From IMG/VR virus record IMGVR_UViG_3300048503_000037: a DNA stretch of 20,000 nt. One strand, 5' to 3'. Shown here piece by piece: positions 7,061-16,117 of this stretch (positions are counted from its first letter, which is position 1; each line of letters starts with the position of its first letter). A program made the position numbers and the translations under genes. Below the pieces are notes generated by a model. That model was given only the letters and a program-made list of their open reading frames with translations, did no database searches and was not told where the DNA came from. The DNA comes from an uncultured virus (IMG/VR IMGVR_UViG_3300048503_000037). Taxonomy: Duplodnaviria > Heunggongvirae > Uroviricota > Caudoviricetes.

Positions 7061-10000
7061 TCCGGTAACCCGCAGAGTTGTTAACTGTGCTGACTCGCAT
7101 ATTCAGCATTGCTGCCTGATCCGAGCTAACCACCTGCTGTATGTCGCCTAAACCAGGCTGGATGGTGTTTGAGATGGTGGCAGTGGAGATTGCAGCCTCT
7201 AACCGCGATACTCCAGGATCGGTAAGATGCAGGATTTCGCAATTGGTCGCGGGGTTGTCTGGATAGTCACAGAAAAAATACCTATTAGGATAAAAGGGTA
7301 ACAATGCGCCTGGATCAGCAAAACTGTTCCAATAATATCCGCAAATGTTGCTTCCCGCTGTCTGACCGGGTTGTCCTGCTACTCCTGCTGTAGTGCAAAC
7401 CGCTGGGTTGGAATTCAACGATGTCTTGGACTGTTGACTCAACCACGTGCTGATAGTCTGTGTGCAGTTAGCAGCTACAGGAGCATAAACACTGCTTGGA
7501 ACTGGTAGCAGTGTTTCCGCCGTGTAGAGATAACCCTTGGCGTGAACCTGTTGCATATACGAGAAAAGATTTGCTTCGGTGGTTGCCTGTGCGGTGCCGT
7601 TAAGACAATCCTGCGATCCAAGCTGTGATACAAGGATAGTGCTACCCGGCGTGACGCTTGGAAAGTTGGGATTCGTGGAAAAGGTGGCAGCTTCATTCGC
7701 GGCGCTATCTCCACCTGCTGATTTTTGCACGATGGTTACACCAGCATACAATGGATCATCGCGCTGCTGTTGCGGAAGCGCATATTTGCAGGACTCATAT
7801 CCTGCCCCGGTCGAGCCATCGGGTACTCCTGTAGATGTAGCGTCAAAGGTGAATTGATTGGTTCCGGGCATCCCTGTAACTGTCGCCACAAAACCGTTGA
7901 GTGCTGTATAAGAGCCGCCAAAAGTAGAGAGCAGCAGCGCATTATTCACGACCTGATTGTTGGTGTTAGCCTCTGTGCATGTTGCGATATGGCTTGAAAT
8001 GGTGCAGCCTGAGATTGCATCTTCACTCAATGCTCCCACTTGGCAGCTACCCGCTACAATCTGCCGTGAGTCGCCCATGTCCACAAGCGTTTTTCCTGCC
8101 AGTGGGCTGACATACCCACCCCCGCCGCCAGTGCTTGCAATGCTGACTGTGCTTCCAACAGTGCTGACCGCTATGCCTGCCCCGGCTGCTATCGTTACTG
8201 CAGTGGTGACGCCGTTGACGCTGGGTACGCCCCCGCCGCCGCCAGAGCCGCAGTCGGAGCCTGTGCCCGTTACAATTCCATTGTCATCCGTGTGTAAGCA
8301 CTGATGCAGCCCAGAGCCAGCCGCCTGTTGAGGCAAGCTGATTTGGCTGTGATGGATGTCTACAATCTTGTTGCCAAAGCCGTCGTAGAGTCCATAGCCA
8401 TCGTTGTTATACCCGTTCGGCTTGATAACACCGCCCAACTCAGGTGTAATTGTGTTGCTCTGGTTCAGGAAGTCAATCTCACCGGGAATTCCAGTTGCCG
8501 GGTTGAAGGTGATCGCTTCACCAAATTGGTTTTGAATCTGAGCCTGAATGTTCAGGTTCTGCACAGGCTGAGCGTTCACTGGGGCAGACGCGCCGATTTC
8601 GCTCCATGCCGTCCCGATTGGAGAACCGGCAGTGCCATAGGTAGATAGCCCTTGGAAATTCCACAAGGGCTGCAAGATTGGGCTTCCGCTCCAATACACC
8701 TTGTTGATGTTCGCCCAAGTGCCACCCGAGAACTCCATCGCGCCTTCCTGCACAGACTCTACACGGTATGGATCCGAAACGAGCGTGGTGCATCCTTCGC
8801 AATCGAAGTTGAATACAGGCGACGGCCCGAGAGACCCGTAAAAGATCGGACGGTACAAATACTTGCCGTTAAGGTTGGTGAGGGGTGATCCTCCAGCGTT
8901 GCGGTTATCGCGGGCGAGATTAAGATACCCAAAACCCGTGATGCCTTTGTAGCACATGGCGTTCGCGCCCTGCGGCGTGCTAAAGCTCGGTCCTGTCTGA
9001 CGCTGTGCAATGCCCATTGGGGTAGCGCAAGTCTCAGGCATATCCACGGCGTCTCCGGTAAAGTCGGAGTGCCACACAGCCTTGTCAAACCAGGTGTCCA
9101 GGTTGGCGTACACCGAGTTATATGCCGAAGGCTCGACTACCATGTTGTCAAAACCTTCAAAATCGTTGATCCCACCCGCGCCAGCCGGGAAGTCTGAGCG
9201 GTGGCTCCATGTTCCACCATTAACGTAGGGAGCGCCTGAGTCAAACTCCAGATTGCTAACTTTCAGTCCAAGATCGGTGGACGCGCTCAAGATACCGATA
9301 CCTGTTGCAAAAACCATGTCGTGCTGGTTTCCCTTGTTGGCGTTGTTGGTTACCCACAGCCCGATAAATCCAGAGTCTATTTCCAGATTACCCACGTCCT
9401 CTCGGCTATACGGTCCTCCGAACATTGCTGATTGAGTTTGCAACACGCCTGGAGTAGGGGTATCAACAGTCACCCCATCCCACGTGCTAAAGACGGAGGC
9501 ACCCTGTAGCGCTGACCCGGTCGGGGCGAACGTAGATGCTCCTGATACCAGAGCTACCTGAATCGGGATAGCCGGGGGGATAAGTGGGGATAGGTTGGTA
9601 CACTGAGCATCAAACTTGGACGTGCCGGAATCCCAGCAAGCGAAGGGGCCAAAGACAATAGTTGGGGCAACAGAGCCGCATCCTGTCGGAGCGGTCGTCC
9701 ACACGGCAGAGGAAATGCCGCCAGAGGAGTTCGATGAGGCTGTACCCACGCCGACGAAGTTGGTTCCAGCATAGCCGCCGACACTGGAGCAAGTTGAGCC
9801 GCCAGCATTGAAAGCGTGAATCGCAAGGAAATTAGTTTGGGAAGTTGGGTGTCCGCCGCCAGCATTGGTGATGGTCGGGGTTCCGCAGGTGCCGCCAGTC
9901 AACGAGCAGGTTGCAGCTTCCCCGTCTCCGCCAGTCGGAATTACGTTTGGAGCCACCGTGCCAGTTAGACCAAAACCGGCATAGACGATTGTGACAGGGT

Positions 10001-11369
10001 TCTGCACGTGCCCGCTGGAGTCAGTTGTAACTGTAGCGAACTCACCACCGCACGGACCAGCGTAAATAGTTGGGCATCCAAGCCAGCTAGAAGCACTCTG
10101 TCCAAAATCCAGAATTTCTGTATTCGAGGCGGGGTAGTTTGTACCCCCGCCAGTTACGGTGCAAGCGTTAAGATGTCCGGATACAGTGGTACAAGAGACC
10201 GTCGCTCCAGAGCCACCTGCGTTAGTCTGATAATCGCCTGAGTCTTGAGCAAGACCACCATAGGCGTAGACAACATTTCCATTAGCGTCATGGTCATAGG
10301 TGGCAAGCATATAGTGGCCCGCCAGCCAAGCACAAGTTCCGCCGTTGCCCTGGACAACTGCTGTGTAACAAGCATGGGCAGCGGGGGTGTTATCCGTGCC
10401 CCAGATTCCGTACGCGGTGTCAGTCGTCTGGAACTGACGATCCACTGTAAAATGGGTGGCGTCAATAACCGACGCAATTTTGGCGGTGTTAGCGGTCGTG
10501 ATGGAGTTCGCAACGAAAGGCAAGCCCCCCGTCCAAGCTCCTGAGTTTTTGTTAAATGAGATGTATTTGCCCACGTCGGCAGACGTGAAATTCCAAGAGT
10601 AACCGTCAAGTGAGCCTGTGACGTTAACAGCATATCCCCCGCTAGACCAGCCAAAGCTCATGTATCCAAAGGATGGCTGCAAGTCGGCGATACCACCGTA
10701 GCAAAGGATGTTGCTGTAGACCGATGCCGCCGCGCAGTTAAGCGTGGGTCCAAGCTGATTCCATTGATACGTGCCGGTAACGTTCGAACATTGGAATATT
10801 TCTGACGTATTGGACGTATAGAAAGTACCATTGTTTGCGATTGCCGAGCACGTCGCCGAGGGCGCTCCTACTCCAACAGACCACTGCGGAACCCCGAGGT
10901 TTGTCGCCGCGCCATAGGCCGTGGTCGCACCTGTGCCACCACCGGGTATCGAAATAACACCGCTGATTCCTCCTGACTGCACGAAGTTCGTCCCGTCGCT
11001 GACCACCGTGACAGTGGTGCCATTTGTAATCGTCACACCGGTTCCAGTCACGCCGATAACCTGAATAGACTGGCTTCCGGTGGTAGCGTTCTCGATGGTG
11101 AATTGGAAGCCTGCTGCCTGGGGGGCCACAAGACTTCGTGTTGCGGTGAGCGAGACCGAGCTAATCACTTTGATAAAACCGGCGCTCATTTCGGGATAGA
11201 CCATCGTGTGATTTGCGTCAGATGTGAATGAAATAACTCCCGGATTGCGATTCGGGAAGACGCCGCCCGAGCCGATGTTGCCGGTCAATGGGATCTGCGG
11301 TGCTGGAACCTGCGCGAGGGCGCAAGGGGCCAAAATGGCGAGAATCAACAGTTTCGACAGATTTTTCAT
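6954..11369 (-). CDS. Giant tail-fibre/tailspike-like protein with signal peptide, beta-helix-like region and SGNH/GDSL esterase-like domain (probably extends to 5839)
   Basis: MKNLSKLLILAILAPCALAQ; fibre motifs NATTG..GTGVTI..SDGTN and IPGGGTGATTAYGAATNLG; tailspike-type NILCYGG..D / GTDNTPA; SGNH-like blocks MGDS, AGG, LGSQD, EILH. Confidence 0.8.
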   Translation of the reverse strand: MKNLSKLLILAILAPCALAQVPAPQIPLTGNIGSGGVFPNRNPGVISFTSDANHTMVYPEMSAGFIKVISSVSLTATRSLVAPQAAGFQFTIENATTGSQSIQVIGVTGTGVTITNGTTVTVVSDGTNFVQSGGISGVISIPGGGTGATTAYGAATNLGVPQWSVGVGAPSATCSAIANNGTFYTSNTSEIFQCSNVTGTYQWNQLGPTLNCAAASVYSNILCYGGIADLQPSFGYMSFGWSSGGYAVNVTGSLDGYSWNFTSADVGKYISFNKNSGAWTGGLPFVANSITTANTAKIASVIDATHFTVDRQFQTTDTAYGIWGTDNTPAAHACYTAVVQGNGGTCAWLAGHYMLATYDHDANGNVVYAYGGLAQDSGDYQTNAGGSGATVSCTTVSGHLNACTVTGGGTNYPASNTEILDFGQSASSWLGCPTIYAGPCGGEFATVTTDSSGHVQNPVTIVYAGFGLTGTVAPNVIPTGGDGEAATCSLTGGTCGTPTITNAGGGHPTSQTNFLAIHAFNAGGSTCSSVGGYAGTNFVGVGTASSNSSGGISSAVWTTAPTGCGSVAPTIVFGPFACWDSGTSKFDAQCTNLSPLIPPAIPIQVALVSGASTFAPTGSALQGASVFSTWDGVTVDTPTPGVLQTQSAMFGGPYSREDVGNLEIDSGFIGLWVTNNANKGNQHDMVFATGIGILSASTDLGLKVSNLEFDSGAPYVNGGTWSHRSDFPAGAGGINDFEGFDNMVVEPSAYNSVYANLDTWFDKAVWHSDFTGDAVDMPETCATPMGIAQRQTGPSFSTPQGANAMCYKGITGFGYLNLARDNRNAGGSPLTNLNGKYLYRPIFYGSLGPSPVFNFDCEGCTTLVSDPYRVESVQEGAMEFSGGTWANINKVYWSGSPILQPLWNFQGLSTYGTAGSPIGTAWSEIGASAPVNAQPVQNLNIQAQIQNQFGEAITFNPATGIPGEIDFLNQSNTITPELGGVIKPNGYNNDGYGLYDGFGNKIVDIHHSQISLPQQAAGSGLHQCLHTDDNGIVTGTGSDCGSGGGGGVPSVNGVTTAVTIAAGAGIAVSTVGSTVSIASTGGGGGYVSPLAGKTLVDMGDSRQIVAGSCQVGALSEDAISGCTISSHIATCTEANTNNQVVNNALLLSTFGGSYTALNGFVATVTGMPGTNQFTFDATSTGVPDGSTGAGYESCKYALPQQQRDDPLYAGVTIVQKSAGGDSAANEAATFSTNPNFPSVTPGSTILVSQLGSQDCLNGTAQATTEANLFSYMQQVHAKGYLYTAETLLPVPSSVYAPVAANCTQTISTWLSQQSKTSLNSNPAVCTTAGVAGQPGQTAGSNICGYYWNSFADPGALLPFYPNRYFFCDYPDNPATNCEILHLTDPGVSRLEAAISTATISNTIQPGLGDIQQVVSSDQAAMLNMRVSTVNNSAGYRTCGIVWDHSAKLQFFQRVYQGGLRLCNFTLRTWIN

Positions 11370-11370
11370 A

Positions 11371-12591
11371 TTAGCTAGCCACCTTTGGCGTGTACGTTCC
11401 GTAGAGCGGGTTGGTGCTCTGGTACAGGTACATCGTCACCGTCACGCCAAACTCATTGACGAATGTCACTGTAATGGGGGGATTGAAGGCAAAGGGGAAG
11501 CCGGTGCCGGCGTCGATGAAGGTGTGACTGCCTCCCAAGAGCAGCAGGTAGACGTTCTGCGCACTCGGCGTGTAAGGCCCGAAGGTCTGTCCAACCGTCT
11601 CGGCGCCCAGGCCGGCGCTCGGCAGGGCGTCGCTGGTGCTCAGCACGGCGGTTGTGTCGCTCGCGGTCACCGTTGAGGTCGCCCCGGCCGTCCCTACGCC
11701 GCCAAAGATGCGCGGCTGCCATGTGTACTGCTGGGTTGCGGTCTGCGTAGAAGCTCCAGTCGCCGTGAGTGTCACAGTCGTCGTTGCGATCGCGGAATGG
11801 TGGAAGCTGCCAACGATGGTGCCGGTTGTGAATGGAGAACTTAGGACTAGTGGCGAGTCAATCGAGTCAGTGTTGGTGATGTTGGCGCTCGACGGAACCC
11901 CGGTGTACGTCGCCACGCATGTGGGATTCGTGACCGTCTGCCCGAGTTCAAGCGATCCAGCGCAGCCGGTGAAGGAGTTGATAGTGAACCCACCGCCGCC
12001 ACTGCATAAGTTCCCTTGATTGGTGTAAACAGCGCCATTCCAGATATAGGGAACCAGGCAAGCTGTGCGCGCATCGAGGATGCTTATGTTGGTAATGCCG
12101 GTCGCCGCCGTAATAGTGCCGGTTGTTCCGCCCACCCGTGTCCAATCCGGCGTTAGAACGATCTCATACGGAAGGCCGTGGGCGTAGTTGATGGCTTCCT
12201 GGAGGCCGCCAGTGGCCGATGTGAGCGTGAATGTTTTGTGTGGATTGACTGGGTTCACGGTGATCGAGCAGCCGAAGCCTCCGACAGTCACCGCTGTAGG
12301 AACCACGATTTCAGAGTTGGCCGGAACCTGATCTTTGATGTAGATGGGGGTTCCAACGGCAAATACTGGGTTGAGCGGGATGCCGTTGGCGTTCGTTGTG
12401 CATAAAGAGGCCGCCGACCACGAGAACTGGCCTTGATTACCTTGAGGGATTGACCAGAGGCCGAAAGTGGAGGCGTAAAGCAGGCCTGCATCGTTGCCAG
12501 GGTTCCTGGTTGGTTGCCCAGGAGACTGCGCAGAGATCAACTGCCCTGCGCCCAACGCGATCATCGCAAGCCAAAGAATGAGTTTTTTCAT
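11371..12591 (-). CDS. Secreted fibre/spike-like protein, paralogue 3 (406 aa)
   Basis: Signal peptide MKKLILWLAMIALGAGQLISAQ; shared domain with GLQEAIN, LTPDW, ILDART; Ig-like Thr-rich C-terminus. Confidence 0.85.
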   Translation of the reverse strand: MKKLILWLAMIALGAGQLISAQSPGQPTRNPGNDAGLLYASTFGLWSIPQGNQGQFSWSAASLCTTNANGIPLNPVFAVGTPIYIKDQVPANSEIVVPTAVTVGGFGCSITVNPVNPHKTFTLTSATGGLQEAINYAHGLPYEIVLTPDWTRVGGTTGTITAATGITNISILDARTACLVPYIWNGAVYTNQGNLCSGGGGFTINSFTGCAGSLELGQTVTNPTCVATYTGVPSSANITNTDSIDSPLVLSSPFTTGTIVGSFHHSAIATTTVTLTATGASTQTATQQYTWQPRIFGGVGTAGATSTVTASDTTAVLSTSDALPSAGLGAETVGQTFGPYTPSAQNVYLLLLGGSHTFIDAGTGFPFAFNPPITVTFVNEFGVTVTMYLYQSTNPLYGTYTPKVAS

Positions 12592-12595
12592 GGGG

Positions 12596-13399
12596 TCACT
12601 GGTAGGGGATGTAGTGAACGGTGCCGGCAATGTTTACCACCAGGCAGGCGGCAGGACTTGTGCCGACGGTGTTGCAGTTCGAGGCCGCGGCGGTTGTGCC
12701 GCCCAAACCGACCTGTGAGGCCGCTACTGTGGGAGCCGCGGCGGTGAGAACCACCGTATTGCTGGTTGGACTGATCAGCGTGGGGCTGGTCTGGAGAACC
12801 GTCTTGCCCGTTCCCGTGGTTCCTGCGGCCGGAGTGCCACCCGAGTACGGCACCAGCGTCGATGTGCGCGCATCCAGAATCGTGGTGTTGGTCCCGGCCG
12901 TGGCGCTGGTAATCATCCCGGTTGTGCCGCCCATGGTCTGCCAGTCTGGAGTGAGGACCACGACATAGTGAGCCGAGCCGGCGAAGTTCAGCGCTTCCTG
13001 GAGGCCGAGCGTCCCAGATTGCAGGTAGTAGTTGGAGTGGGGATGGGTAGCCGGCAAAGAAACCGAGCAGCCGGAGCCAAGATAGCTAGCCAGGGTCGGC
13101 GTCACCGTCTCGGTGTTGCTCGGAACGCCAAGATCCACGATGGTGATGGGCGCGCTGGTGGAGTAGAGCGGGAACACCAGGCCGCCGGACGTGCCGTAGC
13201 ACTGGCCGGGATTATCCCAGCGCGTGCCCTGCGGGGTCGGTGAGGCGGTCCAGTGGGCGAAGTTGGCAGCGTAGAGCAATCCTGCGAGGTTGGCTGGGCC
13301 GTTGGCCGGGCTCGTCACGCTGGCTGTTGCGCTGGTGGTTTGGGCAGCAAGCGCCAGTGGCAGAGCCAGAAACGCTGCAAGCAATACTAATCTTTTCAT
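12596..13399 (-). CDS. Secreted fibre/spike-like protein, paralogue 2 (267 aa)
   Basis: AAAGGAG RBS, signal peptide MKRLVLLAAFLALPLALAAQ, shared domain, fibre-like VLQTSPTLISP and VNIAGTVHYIPY tip. Confidence 0.85.
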   Translation of the reverse strand: MKRLVLLAAFLALPLALAAQTTSATASVTSPANGPANLAGLLYAANFAHWTASPTPQGTRWDNPGQCYGTSGGLVFPLYSTSAPITIVDLGVPSNTETVTPTLASYLGSGCSVSLPATHPHSNYYLQSGTLGLQEALNFAGSAHYVVVLTPDWQTMGGTTGMITSATAGTNTTILDARTSTLVPYSGGTPAAGTTGTGKTVLQTSPTLISPTSNTVVLTAAAPTVAASQVGLGGTTAAASNCNTVGTSPAACLVVNIAGTVHYIPYQ

Positions 13400-13420
13400 G
13401 GCGATGTTGCTCCTTTGCAT

Positions 13421-13453
13421 AAAAGAAGGCGGCCAGTGCATATTCTGGCCGCC
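13421..13453 (-). terminator. Intrinsic terminator after paralogue 1
   Basis: GGCGGCCAG-8 nt-CTGGCCGCC followed by TTCTTTT on the minus strand. Confidence 0.8.
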
Positions 13454-13479
13454 CGGTGCATTCGATGGCTTGGTTGAGC

Positions 13480-14397
13480 TTACTTGCAGTTCCAGCTAAA
13501 GCTGTACGCTGTGGTGCTGGCCAGCGCCGAGGCCACAGAGACCGTCATAATGCCGTGGCTTGAGTAGGAGTTCGTCACGGTCAGGGTTGGCGGTGCTGTC
13601 GCTCCAGTGCTCGTGACCGTGCAAGAGCCTGGTGCAGCTTGGAACTGGCCGCTGTTCGCCCAAGTCTCGGTGAATACAGTGCCAGTGGTCGCGGTGCCGG
13701 TGGTGAATGAATAGGTGCCAGAGAGAGCGGTGCCTGTCGCAACTTTGCTGGTCGCGGTGCCTGCGGCCGCGCCTGTCGCCGCGGTCGGGGCGGTGTTGAC
13801 CCATGTTCCAGAGGCATACGCCGATCCATTCCAGACGTAGTAGGTCGGCCCGAGAGTCGTGACGTCTTCGACTATCACCGACGCATCACCCTTGGCCGCG
13901 CCGAGAATGGTAGCCGCCGTGGTCCCAGGGATCTGGTTGGCGATCGTCCACCAGTTCTTATCCAAGAGCAAAAGCGCAGGCCATGCGCCCTGCCCGTCGA
14001 GAGCGTTGATGCCCTCTTGGAGTCCGGCAGTGCCTGATTTCATCTGGAAGGTGTAGTGATTGTGGCTTGGCGCTACGGTCGCACCGCAACTGCCGGCGGT
14101 ATTCACGATGGCCGATGGCGTCACAACCTCCGAGTTGCTGGAGTTCGAGTCCGCAATCAGCACAGGCGCATTGGTGTTGAACACGAAGAAGTTGAGGTTT
14201 TGCCCTTGGCTGTTGCAGAGGCTGCGGCCCTGGAAGATGTAGGTGTTGGGGCTCTGCTGGTTGATCGACCAGAGTTGGAAGCTGGTGGCGTAGTACCAGG
14301 GCGCGGTGAACGGGGTAACGGCGGTTTGCGCTGACACTGGGGCCGCGCAGATGGCGGCAAGGATCAGCGCGACGATGGAGAACAATGCTTTGCGCAT
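13480..14397 (-). CDS. Secreted fibre/spike-like protein, paralogue 1 (305 aa)
   Basis: AAAGGAG RBS, signal peptide MRKALFSIVALILAAICAAPVSAQ, SGTAGLQEGIN domain, Thr-rich beta C-terminus. Confidence 0.85.
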   Translation of the reverse strand: MRKALFSIVALILAAICAAPVSAQTAVTPFTAPWYYATSFQLWSINQQSPNTYIFQGRSLCNSQGQNLNFFVFNTNAPVLIADSNSSNSEVVTPSAIVNTAGSCGATVAPSHNHYTFQMKSGTAGLQEGINALDGQGAWPALLLLDKNWWTIANQIPGTTAATILGAAKGDASVIVEDVTTLGPTYYVWNGSAYASGTWVNTAPTAATGAAAGTATSKVATGTALSGTYSFTTGTATTGTVFTETWANSGQFQAAPGSCTVTSTGATAPPTLTVTNSYSSHGIMTVSVASALASTTAYSFSWNCK

Positions 14398-14426
14398 GGC
14401 TGTGAAACTCCTTTGATGGTTGATGG

Positions 14427-16016
14427 TTAGAGTGGAAGCTCGATCCACGATAGAAGCGTCGGGGTCGGCGTAGTTCCGTAGTTGGCGAGCGTTGCCCCGT
14501 AACTAGCGCCAGCGGGCACGAGGAACGTCACTCCAGCATTACTCGGGCCTGCCGCATCACAGTTGTAGACTCCGGCTGAGATTACATTGACCGCAGCACT
14601 GACACCTGTGACGACAAACCCGCTACCAACGCAATTGGTTGCCTCTTGCACGGTGATCTCAACAAGCAGCGGTACTGTGCCTGCCGTGTATGAGCTGCCG
14701 AGCGCCCGAGAGCCAGTTACGTTGGTCTGGGTGACTGCCAGCGCGCACGGGACCGTAGCGGGGGCAATGTTCCCAGCGCCGTCATAGGTTGCGCAGTTCG
14801 TCGATGCGCCTGGAGTTGCAGTCTCAGTAGGAATCAGATTGCCTGTTCCTGGAGTATTCAGGTCAATCGTGGTTCTCGCTGGGGATGCAGAATCGGTAGC
14901 CGTGAACCGCTGAGTGAAGTTAAGGGTCGGCCGCTGTGTCTGCGCGACACCGTTGGCTGCCACGGTTTGATAGAAGAGACTTGGCGCTCCGGTCAGAATC
15001 GAGTAGGGCAGCGTCGGCGAATCCACATAAGCCGTGCCATTGCCAAGCAACACGTGATTGAGCGGTGCCAGACCGTTGAACAGATAGCCGGTGGCCGCGT
15101 TGACCGCGCCATTGATCCCGGCTCCCTCTACGTCCACACCCCAGCCAGGGAAGTTGGTGCCGACGCCGAACTTGCCCACGCCGGTGACGTTGTAGCCGCC
15201 GAAGTTCAGCGGGCCTGAGATGCTCTGCTGTCCGTGGTTGGCTGGCTGAGACAGGATTGGCACAGGGTAGAACACCACGCCATGATAGTAAGGCAGTCCA
15301 GTCGACAGGTTGTAAGTGCTGCCCGGTCCAAGCAGTTGCCACTGCATGGGGTAGTTGGGAACTGGATTGCCGTTGACCGTGACCATCGACACGTTGTAGC
15401 CGGTGCCGGTCGGCCATACTGCATCGTTGGCCACCACTTGGCACAGCGTGGTGTTGGTCGAGGCGGGACTGGAGCCAGAGGTCAATGCGGTGGACTGGAC
15501 GAAAGAGGCCGTCCCAGTTGTTTGACCTTGCAGTGTCTCAGTCCCGCTCGAAGTGGAGATGAATACATCCATCCCAACTGCCAATGCCGGTACGCCGCTC
15601 GATGGCGGGTTGACCACGAGTGTACCGGTGGCACCAAGAGTTGTTGCGGTCTCGGGACTGACCAGAGTCACGTGGCCGGCGGCGTCATACCACTCGTAAA
15701 CCGTGTAGTAGACGCCAGAAGGGAGCGATCCTCCCCCGCTGGTGGTGTTGACCGTCGCTGTTTGGGGGTTCTGGATGCCGACGACAGAGCCATCGGTCGA
15801 TGTCGCGCACGTGTTGACCGTGGCGAGGTTGACTCCACATCCTGCGATGAGGCCTTGCTGGCTCGGGGTCAGCGTGAGGATGGAGTTTGAGGAGGGAATG
15901 CCGTTGGCGCTGCGGAGGTTGCCGGTCAGCGTTACCTGGGCATTGGTGATGCAGGTTTGGCTATGCGCCACGATAGTCAACATGCAGAGGATGATTGGGA
16001 GCAACTTGAGCGGCAT
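14427..16016 (-). CDS. Tail-fibre-like protein with signal peptide
   Basis: MPLKLLPIILCMLTIVAHSQ (alternative ATG at 16121); GGSLPSGVYY..SPE module, YQTVAANGVAQTQRPTLNF, tip-like NVTGSRALGSSYT...TFLVPAGASY. Confidence 0.8.
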   Translation of the reverse strand: MPLKLLPIILCMLTIVAHSQTCITNAQVTLTGNLRSANGIPSSNSILTLTPSQQGLIAGCGVNLATVNTCATSTDGSVVGIQNPQTATVNTTSGGGSLPSGVYYTVYEWYDAAGHVTLVSPETATTLGATGTLVVNPPSSGVPALAVGMDVFISTSSGTETLQGQTTGTASFVQSTALTSGSSPASTNTTLCQVVANDAVWPTGTGYNVSMVTVNGNPVPNYPMQWQLLGPGSTYNLSTGLPYYHGVVFYPVPILSQPANHGQQSISGPLNFGGYNVTGVGKFGVGTNFPGWGVDVEGAGINGAVNAATGYLFNGLAPLNHVLLGNGTAYVDSPTLPYSILTGAPSLFYQTVAANGVAQTQRPTLNFTQRFTATDSASPARTTIDLNTPGTGNLIPTETATPGASTNCATYDGAGNIAPATVPCALAVTQTNVTGSRALGSSYTAGTVPLLVEITVQEATNCVGSGFVVTGVSAAVNVISAGVYNCDAAGPSNAGVTFLVPAGASYGATLANYGTTPTPTLLSWIELPL

Positions 16017-16117
16017 GAGGTAGTAAGCATTAGCCAGCACCGAGAAGAACAGACGGAAGCCGGGCGGCACGGTCTTAAGTTGGTCGCCTTGCGCTCTCGA
16101 TAGCGCTATGGGCGCTG

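Noticed and set aside
7475..16023. Many plus-strand and alternate-frame ORFs over the fibre genes
   Set aside because: Shadow ORFs expected from GC-rich coding DNA.
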